32,000 nucleotides of DNA from Bacillus subtilis subsp. subtilis str. 168 (GCF_000009045.1 NC_000964.3:540001-572000); one strand, 5' to 3'. Positions 10,136 through 20,620 are shown, numbered from the stretch's first letter. Numbers and translations: made by a program. Notes: generated by a model from the letters alone, not told the origin.

Positions 10136-10185
10136 AAAGGGTGATACATATTATACATGATTAATATGTATCACCCTTTTCTTTC
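10136..10185. terminator. Bidirectional terminator, perfect 18-bp stem
   Basis: AAAGGGTGATACATATTA (10136-10153), 8-nt loop, TAATATGTATCACCCTTT (10162-10179). T-rich on the + side and TAGTTTTTTT on the - side, serving yddN. Confidence 0.8.
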
Positions 10186-10239
10186 TTGTTCAACAATCGC
10201 GCTTGAGGAGAACATAAGCTAATACAACTGACTCGATTT

Positions 10240-11259
10240 CTAAAGTTGCTCCATTCTTTTTTTAAACAACTCATCCACAACCTGTTTTAAAATCTCGTAC
10301 GACTGAATTTCCTTGCTCAATTCGTAAATATTAGATAACACAATTAATTCATCTGCGTGATACATTTGTTGGAAATCAATTAGTTCGCGACGAATTGTTT
10401 CTCGATCACCCATGATTGTATACCCCAGTCGACTGTGGAGAATTTCTAATTCAAACTGTGATAACGATTCTAGGAAGTTTTCAGTGGGTGGAATAAGCTT
10501 ACTTAAATTATTTGTATAAATATCAATATACACCTGCAAATGACTTGCAGAAATAAAAGATGCCTCGTCTATAGATTCTGCTGCAATCACATTAATGCAA
10601 GCGATCACATAAGGTTCTTGTAAATAAGAAGACGGTTGGAAATTTTCTCGATAAATAGAGAGCGCTTCTTCCATCGAATGGGGTGAAAATTGAGCGCCAA
10701 ATGCATAGGGTAAACCAAGCTTTGCAGCAATTTCCGCTGAATCCGTTGAGGATCCTAACACAAAAACAGGCACATGCGTTCCAATACCCGGATAAGCGCG
10801 AACCTCACCCTGTACACTCTTATCCCCGACAAAACGCAAAATATCATTTACTTCTCTTTCAAAGAAAAACACTCCATTATGGTTGGAACGACGAATCACA
10901 TCGGCCGTTTTTTGATCCGTTCCGGGTGCGCGTCCTAATGCCAAATCTACACGATTTGGATATAATGTTTCAAGTGTTCCAAATTGCTCCGCTACGATTA
11001 ATGGGGAATGATTTGGCAACATAATACCCCCTGAACCTACGCGAATGTCTTTTGTATTTGCTAATATATGTTGTACAATTGATACGGTTGCTGCACTTGC
11101 ATAAGCGTCGTGATTATGATGCTCTGCAAACCAAATCCGTTTATAGCCCATATTATCTACAGCTTTAGCTAATGACACTGCAGAATCAATCCCTTGTTTC
11201 ATTGTTTCTCCTTGTCTTAATGGAGCAACTGATAAAACAGATATATCAAATTTTTTCAT
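10240..11259 (-). CDS. yddN: YddN, luciferase-like (bacterial luciferase family) monooxygenase
   Basis: Family signatures GYKRIWFAEHHN, VRVGSGGIMLPNHSPL, APGTD. First gene after attR. Confidence 0.9.
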   Translation of the reverse strand: MKKFDISVLSVAPLRQGETMKQGIDSAVSLAKAVDNMGYKRIWFAEHHNHDAYASAATVSIVQHILANTKDIRVGSGGIMLPNHSPLIVAEQFGTLETLYPNRVDLALGRAPGTDQKTADVIRRSNHNGVFFFEREVNDILRFVGDKSVQGEVRAYPGIGTHVPVFVLGSSTDSAEIAAKLGLPYAFGAQFSPHSMEEALSIYRENFQPSSYLQEPYVIACINVIAAESIDEASFISASHLQVYIDIYTNNLSKLIPPTENFLESLSQFELEILHSRLGYTIMGDRETIRRELIDFQQMYHADELIVLSNIYELSKEIQSYEILKQVVDELFKKRMEQL

Positions 11260-11518
11260 AATTTCACCTCTAAAATAATGAACTTATACAAGATCAATGG
11301 AAAAAACATTTTGAAAAATTGTTTCATATTAAATGGTGTCCATTCCTCTTTGATTTGCATGCAAATAAATATATACTTTCTCAAACGATCAATACATAGG
11401 CAAAATAAAGTTATTTCACAATTTCACTTTACTTTTAAAGTTTTAAGCAAACATAAAAAAATGTTCAGTGAACAAAATATGTAAAATACATCTTATTTTT
11501 CAGAAAGGATACAAGAAA

Positions 11519-11929
11519 ATGATTGATGAAATAGATAAAAAAATACTTGATGAGCTGTCTAAAAATAGTCGCCTTACAATGAAAAAATTAGGGGAAAAAG
11601 TACATCTCACTGCACCAGCAACCGCATCAAGAGTAGTAAAGTTAATAGACAATGGCATAATAAAAGGATGTAGTATCGAAGTGAATCAAGTGAAATTAGG
11701 CTTCTCTATACATGCTTTTCTTAATATTTATATCGAAAAAATCCATCATCAACCCTATTTAGCTTTTATAGAAACACAAGATAACTATGTAATAAACAAT
11801 TATAAAGTTAGTGGAGACGGTTGCTATTTGCTTGAATGTAAATTTCCTTCAAACGAGGTATTAGATCAATTTTTAAATGACTTAAATAAACATGCAAACT
11901 ATAAAGTGTCGATTGTTATTGGTAAATAG
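11519..11929 (+). CDS. lrpA: LrpA, Lrp/AsnC-family transcriptional regulator (listed ORF begins at 11468; ATG 11519 has a better RBS)
   Basis: MIDEIDKKILDELSKNSRLTMKKLGEKVHLTAPATASRVVKL HTH plus RAM-like domain. AGAAAGG upstream of 11519. Confidence 0.88.
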   Translation: MIDEIDKKILDELSKNSRLTMKKLGEKVHLTAPATASRVVKLIDNGIIKGCSIEVNQVKLGFSIHAFLNIYIEKIHHQPYLAFIETQDNYVINNYKVSGDGCYLLECKFPSNEVLDQFLNDLNKHANYKVSIVIGK

Positions 11930-12051
11930 TTAACTTTATAAAACGGAGATGTGCGGTCATATAACATGATATATATGCTCTAAAAAAGCCCTAGGTTGGA
12001 TATGGAATTTACCAAGCTGGGGCCTTTTTATACATTATAATAACAAGCGCA

Positions 12052-12501
12052 TTATTCATCAGACATTAATGAAGTATTATAATGCTTTTTTACTTCCTTA
12101 ATAGACAAATAAAGCTGATAGTTTCCATACTTCAATAAATCATTCAGAAGGTGATTTAAAACTTCTTGTGAATGAACCGTTACCTTCAGAAGATAACATG
12201 CATCTCCCGAAACACGATGAGCTTCGCTAATTTCATTACGAGTAGCAATAAATTTCAATAAATCATCATGCATATATGCATTCATGAAAAAGAAGACAAA
12301 GGCTGTAAAAGAAAACCCCATCTTCAATTCATCAACCACAATCGAATATGCTTTAATGATACCGTTATCCTCCATTTTTTTGATGCGATTGCCTACCGCT
12401 TGTCCTGTCATATGAATTTTTTCACCGATTTCTTTCCATTGTATCCGAGCATTTTTATTTAATAATTGGAGAATTTGAAAATCAATTGAATCAATTTGCA
12501 T
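12052..12501 (-). CDS. lrpB: LrpB, Lrp/AsnC-family transcriptional regulator (start at MQIDSID)
   Basis: MQIDSIDFQILQLLNKNARIQWKEIGEKIHMTGQAVGNRIKKME. GAAAGGAG upstream of the ATG at 12501. Confidence 0.88.
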   Translation of the reverse strand: MQIDSIDFQILQLLNKNARIQWKEIGEKIHMTGQAVGNRIKKMEDNGIIKAYSIVVDELKMGFSFTAFVFFFMNAYMHDDLLKFIATRNEISEAHRVSGDACYLLKVTVHSQEVLNHLLNDLLKYGNYQLYLSIKEVKKHYNTSLMSDE

Positions 12502-12615
12502 AGTAACTCCTTTCACAGTGAAAAAGTTTTACAAAATAGTATTTCATGAGACCATCGAAAATTCAATGGAAATTATATATCCTTATACAGTATAAAAATT
12601 TTAAGAGGTGAAAAA

Positions 12616-13158
12616 ATGACAACAGCTTTATTAGTGATTGATATTCAAAATGATTACTTTCCAAATGGGAAGATGGCTTTAACAAACCCAGAGAAAGCAG
12701 CACAAAATGCGGCTAAACTACTTTCACACTTTAGAAACACAGGCGCACCTGTCTTTCATGTACAGCATATCACAGAAGGTAACATCGCTCATTTTTTCCA
12801 TCCAAATACAGAAGGTGTCGAAATTCATGAGTCAGTACGTCCATTAGAGAAAGAGACAGTCATTGTAAAACATATGCCGAATAGCTTTTTCAATACAGAT
12901 TTAAATGGAAAGCTACAAGAAGAAGGGGTTAAAGAATTAGTTGTTTGCGGTATGATGTCCCATATGTGTATTGATGCAACAGTTCGTTCTGCAGTTGAAC
13001 ATGGTTATGTATGCCAAGTGGTAGAAGATGCTTGCGCAACAACAACATTGCAAATTGAAGATAAAATCGTTCCTGCTGAGCATGTCCATTACGCATTTAT
13101 GGCCGCATTAAATGGTGTCTATGCAACAGTAAAAACCACAGAGGCATTTTTAAAATAA
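12616..13158 (+). CDS. yddQ: YddQ, isochorismatase-family cysteine hydrolase
   Basis: ALLVIDIQNDYF, LVVCGMMSHMCIDATVRSA (catalytic Cys motif), VVEDACAT. Confidence 0.9.
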   Translation: MTTALLVIDIQNDYFPNGKMALTNPEKAAQNAAKLLSHFRNTGAPVFHVQHITEGNIAHFFHPNTEGVEIHESVRPLEKETVIVKHMPNSFFNTDLNGKLQEEGVKELVVCGMMSHMCIDATVRSAVEHGYVCQVVEDACATTTLQIEDKIVPAEHVHYAFMAALNGVYATVKTTEAFLK

Positions 13159-13224
13159 AAGAATTTCCTGCGCGAACATAACGTCTTTCTTTTCACAAGA
13201 AAGATGATTCAACAACTTAAAAAA

Positions 13225-13262
13225 GGATGTTCAGAAAAATACTTCTGGACATCCTTTATTCA
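13225..13262 (+). terminator. Rho-independent terminator downstream of yddQ
   Basis: aaaggatgttcagaaaaatacttctggacatccttt hairpin with A and T flanks. Confidence 0.7.
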
Positions 13263-13269
13263 TTATCTT

Positions 13270-13579
13270 TTATTGTTTTTCAGTATCATTATTCCCATCT
13301 GATAAAAGATCAAGATGTCCTGTTTTTGATCCATAGTAAGACCATATACAGGGATTGTTTTTGCCATAAATATAGATATTGATGAAGGTTTACATAAAGC
13401 ACCTAATTGCTTGATTTACTTTAATGTTAGATCCCTCAATAACTCCATTCTCTTCTAATTTCTCTACTCTAGCTGTAGCTGCTGGGCATGTTAAATGTAC
13501 TCTCTCCCAGATCTTTCATTGAATTCGGCTATTATACATAATTTCTCTATAATTTTTTATCTGTTTGATCTATTTGAAC
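13270..13579 (-). pseudogene. Decayed Lrp/AsnC-family regulator
   Basis: The - strand reads KDLGERVHLTCPAATARVEKLEENGVIEGSNIKVNQ, compared with LrpA KKLGEKVHLTAPATASRVVKLIDNGIIKGCSIEVNQ. It then continues ...FINIYIYGKNN (LrpA FLNIYIEKIHH) after an in-frame stop. The 5' end CAAATAGATCAAACAGAT follows GAAAGGAATTAAC but starts GTT, with stops in between. Confidence 0.8.
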
Positions 13580-13710
13580 GTTAATTCCTTTCGAAAATAA
13601 AGTCAAAGAGTTAAAACACTTTTTTTTATCTATGTATTCGAACACTGCTGATATTATACACTTAACTCTGTCGATCTAAGACAAATAAAAAAAGAAAGTG
13701 AGTTGTAAAT

Positions 13711-14475
13711 ATGAATATTACACAAATTCGAAATGCAACAATTGTTGTAAAATACGCAAATAAAAAATTTTTGATAGATCCTATGTTAGCAGAGAAAGGT
13801 ACGTACGCTACTTTCCCTGAAACGATCAGACAAGATTTATTTAATCCTTTGGTGAGTTTGCCAACATCAATTGATAACATTCTGGATGGCGTAGATGCGG
13901 TAATTGTTACTCATCTACACCTAGATCACTTTGATGATGTGGCAAAAAACGTATTGCCAAAAAACATCAAAATGTTTGTTCAAAATGAAGCAGATGCAAA
14001 AGAAGTAAAAGCAAGTGGTTTCAAAAATGTAGAAGTGCTACATCAAGACACTGTTTTTGAAGGGATCCAATTAGTAAAAACAAAAGGTGAACATGGCAGA
14101 GGGGAAGAGTTATTAAACTTAATGGGTGATGTTTGTGGATTAGTATTCAAGCACCCAAGTGAAAAAGTTTTATATGTAGCTGGGGATACAGTTTGGTATG
14201 ATGCTATCGAAGACGAGATTCATACACATCAACCAGAAATCATTGTGGTTAATGGTGGAGACAATCAAAGATTAGATTTAGGTTCACTCATCATGGGAAA
14301 AGAAGACATCTATGAAGTTCACAAGGCTGCTCCTCATGCTAAGATTATATCTGTTCATATGGAAGCTGTTAACCATTGGACACTATCTAGAGAAGAATTA
14401 AAAAACTTTAGTAAAGAAAAAGGATTCTCAAGTAATATTTTAGTGCCAGAAGATGGCGAGTCTTACACATTTTAA
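13711..14475 (+). CDS. yddR: YddR, metallo-beta-lactamase-fold hydrolase
   Basis: HLHLDHFDD metal-binding motif, GDTVWYD, GRGEELL...FKHPSEKVLYVAGDT. Confidence 0.9.
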   Translation: MNITQIRNATIVVKYANKKFLIDPMLAEKGTYATFPETIRQDLFNPLVSLPTSIDNILDGVDAVIVTHLHLDHFDDVAKNVLPKNIKMFVQNEADAKEVKASGFKNVEVLHQDTVFEGIQLVKTKGEHGRGEELLNLMGDVCGLVFKHPSEKVLYVAGDTVWYDAIEDEIHTHQPEIIVVNGGDNQRLDLGSLIMGKEDIYEVHKAAPHAKIISVHMEAVNHWTLSREELKNFSKEKGFSSNILVPEDGESYTF

Positions 14476-14668
14476 TATGAACACCGACAAATAAATAGAA
14501 GAAGCTCATAATTATAAAAACTAATCATGAGCTTCTTCTAATAATGAATATTTTAAATTTTAAATATATCGAAAATCCTAAATATACGGAATAACAAAAA
14601 TGGAATGTTCCAATGATGACAAAAAAACTTGAAAAGCAACAAAGATGTGTCGTTAGGAGGTAGAATTC

Positions 14669-15979
14669 ATGGTAATGACAAAAAAAGATACAAATATATC
14701 AACACAGCAGCCTCTTTGGTTACAAGGTTATATTGATTCACCAGAAAAACAAAACCAACTTTATAAAAAAACATTAAAAATCTTGATTTTTTCACAAATA
14801 TTTGGGGGAGCAGGACTTGGAGCTGGGATAACAGTTGGGGCGCTTCTTGCACAAGATATGATAGGATCGGAAAATGTAGCAGGAATTCCAACTGCCCTCT
14901 TTACTTTTGGATCTGCCGTAGCTGCCCTGCTTATAGGAGCATCCTCACAACGTTTTGGTCGCAGAGCTGGACTTGCAGGTGGTTTCCTTATAGGCGGATT
15001 AGGTGCTATAGGTGTGATAATCGCGGCTTTAATTAACAGCGTTGCCCTATTATTTGTTTCTCTTCTTATTTATGGAGCAGGTATGGCTTCTAATCTTCAA
15101 GTTCGGTATGCTGGGACAGACCTTGCAAATGAGAAACAACGGGCAACTGCTGCAAGTATGGCCTTAGTTTCTACTACTTTAGGAGCTGTAGTAGGTCCTA
15201 ACTTAGTTAATACAATGGGGGAATTTGCAGATTCAATTGGTGTTCCCAATTTAGCTGGTCCGTTTATTATGTCAGGAGCAGCTTTTATAATTGCTGGAAT
15301 TATTCTCTTAATTTTTCTTCGTCCAGATCCGCTGTTTGTATCAACAGCTATTGCGAATGCTGAGAAAAAAGACGATAAAGTACAAATAGGAGGAAGTCTA
15401 AAAAATCCTGCTATAGACAAAAAAGGAATAATGGTAGGAGCTGTCATTATGATTTTAGCTCAACTAATCATGACAGCTATTATGACAATGACACCGGTTC
15501 ACATGGGTCATCACGGTCATGGTTTAAGCGAAGTGGGATTAGTTATAGGACTCCATATTGCAGCGATGTATCTTCCTTCACCATTGACTGGTTTATTAGT
15601 AGATAAGTTTGGTCGCACAACTATGGCTATTGCTTCAGGTGCCACACTTCTTGCCGCTGGGTTGGTGGCAGCTATTGCACCGGCAGACTCATTATCATTG
15701 CTAATCCTAGCACTAGTATTACTAGGGGTAGGTTGGAACTTTGGTTTACTAACGGGAACTGCCCTTATTATAGATTCAACACATCCATCTCTACGTGCAA
15801 AAACACAGGGAACATTCGATGTTTTATTAGCACTATCAGGAGCAGCAGGTGGAGCCTTGTCAGGAATGGTTGTTGCACATTCTAGTTATACAATACTATC
15901 AATTTCTGGAGCCGTTTTATCATTGTTACTCATTCCAGTAGTTATTTGGTATTTTAGAAGGATTCAGGAAAAAGCATAA
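14669..15979 (+). CDS. yddS: YddS, MFS-family transporter
   Basis: 436 aa, about 12 TM segments, MFS motif-like DKFGRTT. Closely related to YdeG. Confidence 0.9.
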   Translation: MVMTKKDTNISTQQPLWLQGYIDSPEKQNQLYKKTLKILIFSQIFGGAGLGAGITVGALLAQDMIGSENVAGIPTALFTFGSAVAALLIGASSQRFGRRAGLAGGFLIGGLGAIGVIIAALINSVALLFVSLLIYGAGMASNLQVRYAGTDLANEKQRATAASMALVSTTLGAVVGPNLVNTMGEFADSIGVPNLAGPFIMSGAAFIIAGIILLIFLRPDPLFVSTAIANAEKKDDKVQIGGSLKNPAIDKKGIMVGAVIMILAQLIMTAIMTMTPVHMGHHGHGLSEVGLVIGLHIAAMYLPSPLTGLLVDKFGRTTMAIASGATLLAAGLVAAIAPADSLSLLILALVLLGVGWNFGLLTGTALIIDSTHPSLRAKTQGTFDVLLALSGAAGGALSGMVVAHSSYTILSISGAVLSLLLIPVVIWYFRRIQEKA

Positions 15980-16561
15980 GCTTATATAACTGTCTTTGAA
16001 GAACCTAAGTAGACATTACTTTACCGGAACCTCCTTTTTCTATTTATTATAGTAAGGAGTTGACATGGCATTAGTGGCATGTGTATAACTACACAATTAT
16101 TTGGGATTCAGAGAGCATGTAATGAACGGAAGAGATAATTATTTATCACTTTTATTATTGTACGGTGTTCTTGTGGCATTAAGTTCAGTCAATTTTGGTC
16201 TAACTGTTTTCTTTTTGTTTTCATCACCTCTCCATATTATTAACAAACACGAAAAGGATTTTAATGAAAATAAAATGATTAGCGTATGTATCTCTAATTT
16301 TCAAAATGAATGAATAGTCCTTTTTAAGATTTACACACTTATTCTCCAAGGAAAAATGACTCAATTTTTCGATTTTTTATGTAAATCAAAAAAGAATCAT
16401 GTTAGAGTAGGTGTGCTGAAAATAATTCAAAAAATTATTTTGCGATATGATTAAAGTAATATTGCCAGAGAGTTTCAATTGGACAAAATTGTAAGTGTTT
16501 AATACACTGGGGCTGCAATCAAATATGCACCTGGAATCAATTGCTAAACGGGGGAGTTTAT

Positions 16562-16738
16562 ATGAACAACAAGAAAAATATCTTTGATATTGTTATGTAC
16601 ATTATTTTCGGTGTGTTAAGTCTTTTTCTAGTTGCAAAAACTGATTATGGCACTGGAGTTTTAGTGTTTGTTGCAATTTTATACCTCGCTGTTATTGCTT
16701 ATAAAATTAAGCAAGTATTTAGTAATTCAGATTCTTAA
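16562..16738 (+). CDS. ydzN: YdzN, small two-TM membrane protein
   Basis: ATG 16562 preceded by GGGGGAG. MNNKKNIFDIVMYIIFGVLSLFLVAKTDYGTGVLVFVAILYLAVIAYK. Confidence 0.65.
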   Translation: MNNKKNIFDIVMYIIFGVLSLFLVAKTDYGTGVLVFVAILYLAVIAYKIKQVFSNSDS

Positions 16739-16762
16739 GGTGTAACACAAGGAGGATTTCAA

Positions 16763-17449
16763 TTGAGAAAGAAAAGAGTTATTACTTGTGTTATGGCTGC
16801 ATCATTGACTTTAGGCTCACTTTTACCTGCAGGTTACGCTTCTGCAAAGGAGGACTCTAAGACAACCCCTTCTTACGAAGAACTAGCTCTACATTACAAA
16901 ATGAAAAGTGAAAAGATTTCATCGAACGGGAAATTAGTTGAAATTGAGTATGTGAGTGGAAATGAAACTCACAAAGTTCAGATGAACGGAAATAATCATA
17001 CTGTAAAAGTCGATGGCATAGAACAAAAAGGTTTAAACTTTGAGTATGATGAAAATGTTGCTAAAAGAACAAATTATGAAAACAATAATTTGAAATCAAA
17101 TGAATTCACAACACAGGCTGCAAAACCTAAAAAGGGATACCATTATGTGGGGACTTTATCTGGGCATACAAAAGCAGCTAAAAATGCGTTATCAGTTACA
17201 ATGTCATTAGTCGGTATTGTCCCTGGCTTGGGATGGGGGAGTAAGGCTGCCACTATTTTATTCTCTTATTGGGCAAAAGAACAAATCCCTGATGCGTATT
17301 ATAAATATGATTTATACGAAAAAGGAGCAATGACTGATAGTTGGTATCAGTATGCTACAGTTCAATTTTTTGAAGATAAAGCTCATAAAAAGAAAATGGG
17401 CAAACCTTGGACAAGTACTCCTGCAAAAGTAGATTTACCTAATAGCTAA
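16763..17449 (+). CDS. yddT: YddT, secreted protein of unknown function
   Basis: 228 aa with Sec signal peptide MRKKRVITCVMAASLTLGSLLPAGYASA. AAGGAGG upstream. Confidence 0.82.
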   Translation: MRKKRVITCVMAASLTLGSLLPAGYASAKEDSKTTPSYEELALHYKMKSEKISSNGKLVEIEYVSGNETHKVQMNGNNHTVKVDGIEQKGLNFEYDENVAKRTNYENNNLKSNEFTTQAAKPKKGYHYVGTLSGHTKAAKNALSVTMSLVGIVPGLGWGSKAATILFSYWAKEQIPDAYYKYDLYEKGAMTDSWYQYATVQFFEDKAHKKKMGKPWTSTPAKVDLPNS

Positions 17450-17872
17450 TTTTAAAATCACTTTGTCTTTATAAAGGACAAAGTGATTTTTTGTTATACA
17501 GAAGTAAAATCCCTCGTCTGAGGAATCTTGGAAAAAACTTGGTTCAATTTTGATATAACATGTTTTTTTCTTGCTAATTTAGTTTTTCTATGTATCGCTA
17601 CACATTCTAAATAATAAGATATTAGCCGGACGGTTGATGCCAAGCTCAAAAGTTTATATGGAAGTCAAAGCATAAAAAAGGGTGTTACAACGTGTAGTCT
17701 TCTTTTTATTTTGCCAACGTAACAAGTGTGAAAGTAATGATTTGTAGGATCAGTTAAGAAAGGTTTAAGATTAGATATTGAAAAATTTTATATATTTTCA
17801 ATAAAATACTGGTACTATAATAAATGTATACAGATTGTATGGAGATGTAATTAATTAAAAAGGAGTTTTTAA

Positions 17873-18058
17873 TTGCGTTGGAGTAAATGGTTCAATGTTT
17901 TTTGTATAGTAGCATTGGGATCAATATATGGTTATAAATTATTTACTAACCAAGAAGTCAGTACTACTCGTTTAATAATAGCTTCTGTAATTGTGTTGTG
18001 GAATATTGTTGGACTTTTTAGCAAAGAATCAGTAAAACAAGCACAGCAAGCAAATTAA
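17873..18058 (+). CDS. ydzO: YdzO, small two-TM membrane protein (TTG start)
   Basis: 61-aa ORF with AAAGGAG 8-10 nt upstream of TTG. Two hydrophobic helices. Confidence 0.6.
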   Translation: MRWSKWFNVFCIVALGSIYGYKLFTNQEVSTTRLIIASVIVLWNIVGLFSKESVKQAQQAN

Positions 18059-18407
18059 AAGTCATAAAGTTGGGAAAGAAGGATGTTACTTATGTAGTAT
18101 CCTTCTTTATTATTCCTTGAAAAATGAAACAAATTGGAGATTACAGCTTATATAATCAATTGAAGTCGTTGATTATTTTCATGAACAGGAGATTTAATGC
18201 TTTCTGATGAAATATTATCGTATGAATGTTGCAAGAGGAAACGTTACTCAAAGATTACAGGGATGTGATGAACACTCCTCTTTATCGCACTCACCTGACC
18301 CCAAATTGTTGGGGAAGGGCAGGTACGGAAGATAGAGTATTTTTTCTTCGTAACAAATCGAAAAGGTTGGATAATAAAAAACTTATAATCTAAGGCGGTA
18401 TATAGTT

Positions 18408-19001
18408 GTGAAAAAGGCGTTATTTCTTATATTAGACCAGTATGCAGATTGGGAAGGTGTTTACTTAGCATCTGCATTAAATCAAAGAGAAGATTGGTCG
18501 GTTCACACTGTTTCTTTAGACCCTATTGTAAGCTCAATAGGTGGTTTTAAAACATCTGTCGATTACATAATAGGGTTAGAACCTGCAAATTTTAATTTGC
18601 TAGTTATGATTGGCGGGGATTCCTGGAGTAATGACAATAAAAAACTATTACATTTTGTAAAAACTGCATTTCAAAAAAACATTCCAATAGCAGCGATATG
18701 CGGTGCAGTGGATTTTTTGGCGAAGAATGGTTTGCTGAATAATCATAGCCATACAGGTAATTTTGTTTACTTATGGAAAGATTACAAACAATATAAACCG
18801 ATTAGCAGTTTTGTAGAGAAACAAGCAGTAAGAGATAAAAATTTGGTTACTGCTAATGGAACTGCCCCTATTGAATTTACTAATTTAATTTTAGAGATGA
18901 TTGATTTTGATACTCCTGAGAACATAGAGAAAATGATGTATATGAATCGTTATGGTTTTTATCATTTTTGTGATAAATATGGAAATCCATTTGTTGATTA
19001 A
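18408..19001 (+). CDS. ydeA: YdeA, DJ-1/PfpI-family protein
   Basis: LFLILDQYADWEGVYLASAL, AAICGAVDFLAKNG nucleophile-elbow-like motif. Confidence 0.88.
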   Translation: MKKALFLILDQYADWEGVYLASALNQREDWSVHTVSLDPIVSSIGGFKTSVDYIIGLEPANFNLLVMIGGDSWSNDNKKLLHFVKTAFQKNIPIAAICGAVDFLAKNGLLNNHSHTGNFVYLWKDYKQYKPISSFVEKQAVRDKNLVTANGTAPIEFTNLILEMIDFDTPENIEKMMYMNRYGFYHFCDKYGNPFVD

Positions 19002-19263
19002 TTTGCTGGAAATGATTTTCCCGAATAGGGGGCTTTGCGATTGAGTTGAATTTCCTAATAAAGCAAAGAAAGATGATTTGAGGTCAAGTTTAACAAATAA
19101 TGCCATCAATATTAATTTGCAGTTATTTCCGATTCCTGATATAATAAAGAAGAATTATTTTTGTTCGGTGTAAAGGATAGTATGAAGATTGACTTTTCGT
19201 CTTGATGATACTTTGGGCAAGGATAGTATATACTGTGTGGTTACACACTAGGAGGCAACAAAA

Positions 19264-19464
19264 ATGGAACAAGGTACAGTTAAATGGTTTAATGCAGAAA
19301 AAGGTTTTGGCTTTATCGAACGCGAAAATGGAGACGATGTATTCGTACACTTTTCTGCAATCCAAAGTGACGGATTCAAATCTTTAGACGAAGGTCAAAA
19401 AGTATCGTTTGACGTTGAGCAAGGTGCTCGTGGAGCTCAAGCTGCTAACGTTCAAAAAGCTTAA
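19264..19464 (+). CDS. cspC: CspC, cold shock protein
   Basis: [36 protein letters not shown]1/RNP2 motifs, 66 aa. Confidence 0.96.
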   Translation: MEQGTVKWFNAEKGFGFIERENGDDVFVHFSAIQSDGFKSLDEGQKVSFDVEQGARGAQAANVQKA

Positions 19465-19471
19465 TCTTCAA

Positions 19472-19506
19472 TCGTTTATACAAACAGGCTCTTTATATAG
19501 GGCCTG
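19472..19506 (+). terminator. Terminator downstream of cspC
   Basis: aaacaggctctttatatagggcctgttttttt hairpin plus T tract. Confidence 0.75.
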
Positions 19507-20150
19507 TTTTTTTATGTCTATATCATACTCAATAAAAAACCCTACTCAACGTTCGAGTAGGGAGATGCTACAAGGTAATAGAAAAAGATTTAAAACTTCA
19601 AAGGTTTGTTTACAGTATAACATACTGGATTGACAATATGCGGAATGTATATAAATTATTTAATGTTTTGTTCAAATATAGATAACTGACTCTTTTTTTC
19701 ACTAACCTGTTCGTTCATTTAAGTAAGATTAGATGAATTATAAAAATGGTTTCATCTAAATGTTATCAACTCGCATATCTCTTTTATGAGAAGAAGATAA
19801 ACAATTATTATTCAATGTTGCAGTGGATATAAGAAATTCTTAAAAATAATGAGGAGATCGATTGTTTTTTTCTCCTGGAAATAATCACTTAGAGATACCT
19901 AAAACAATGAAAGCCCTACCTCTCTTCCATCCTTACGGCTCCTTGTCCGTGCCAGTGTGAATCAGGATACTAAAAAAAGTGACTATTTTATTGAGTTTTT
20001 TGGTAAAACTTCAATCTTCGCAGAAGAAATGTAAATAATAAAAATGGATTAGAATGTAGGAATAACAAAAGAGGTCGTTAATGTTCTAAACATAAGTTGG
20101 AGAAGATTTGCTTTTCATCATAATATTCCGAAATATCTTTTGGGATGTAT

Positions 20151-20612
20151 CTAACCAAAACTTTTTATTTGTTTTTCAGTGATTCCTTTAATTACTTCCA
20201 GTTCACTAATCAAAAATTCATATGCATTATCCAGCATTTTTTTTTCGCTTGCATTAAGTGCTTTTTCTTTCTTCATACGCATTAAATCACGTACAACTTC
20301 AGCACCTTCTTGTATTTCACCTGTTTTTATTTTGTCCGTGTTTATTTTGTACCTTTGCTTCCATGGCAGTAACCTATCGGATTCTCCATGCTGAAAAATG
20401 TGCATAATGTGTTTTAATGCAAGTATATCGGTAACTGGTCGTATATTCGAACTCAATATTTTACTCGTTGGAATCATAACTGTCATATTACTGATTGACA
20501 TTCTTATGACATAATACTGTTGTTTTTCCTCTAAGAATTCTTTTTCTTCTATGGCTTCAATTATACCTGCTCCGTGCATTGGATAAACAATGTTATCGCC
20601 AATTTGAAACAT
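20151..20612 (-). CDS. ydeB: YdeB, CarD-family (RNAP-interacting-domain) protein (start at MFQIG)
   Basis: MFQIGDNIVYPMHGAGIIEAIEEKEFLEEKQQYYVIRM, typical CarD N-terminus. SD GGAGG 8 nt upstream of ATG 20612. Confidence 0.9.
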   Translation of the reverse strand: MFQIGDNIVYPMHGAGIIEAIEEKEFLEEKQQYYVIRMSISNMTVMIPTSKILSSNIRPVTDILALKHIMHIFQHGESDRLLPWKQRYKINTDKIKTGEIQEGAEVVRDLMRMKKEKALNASEKKMLDNAYEFLISELEVIKGITEKQIKSFG

Positions 20613-20620
20613 ATCATCCA

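Noticed and set aside
9960-10160. 66-aa ORF downstream of attR
   Set aside because: It starts inside the tRNA-module terminator, has no convincing start or RBS, and its end overlaps the perfect 18-bp terminator stem.
15097-15447. 116-aa ORF antisense to yddS (also 26672-26959 antisense to ydeG)
   Set aside because: Occurs antisense to the equivalent part of both MFS paralogs. Explained by shared codon bias on the coding strand rather than a real antisense gene.
16101-16313. 70-aa + strand ORF between yddS and ydzN
   Set aside because: One hydrophobic segment but no clear RBS or recognisable family. Not enough to call a gene.
17873-18058. ydzN/ydzO as holin-like lysis proteins
   Set aside because: Small two-TM topology alone is not specific and no endolysin gene is adjacent.
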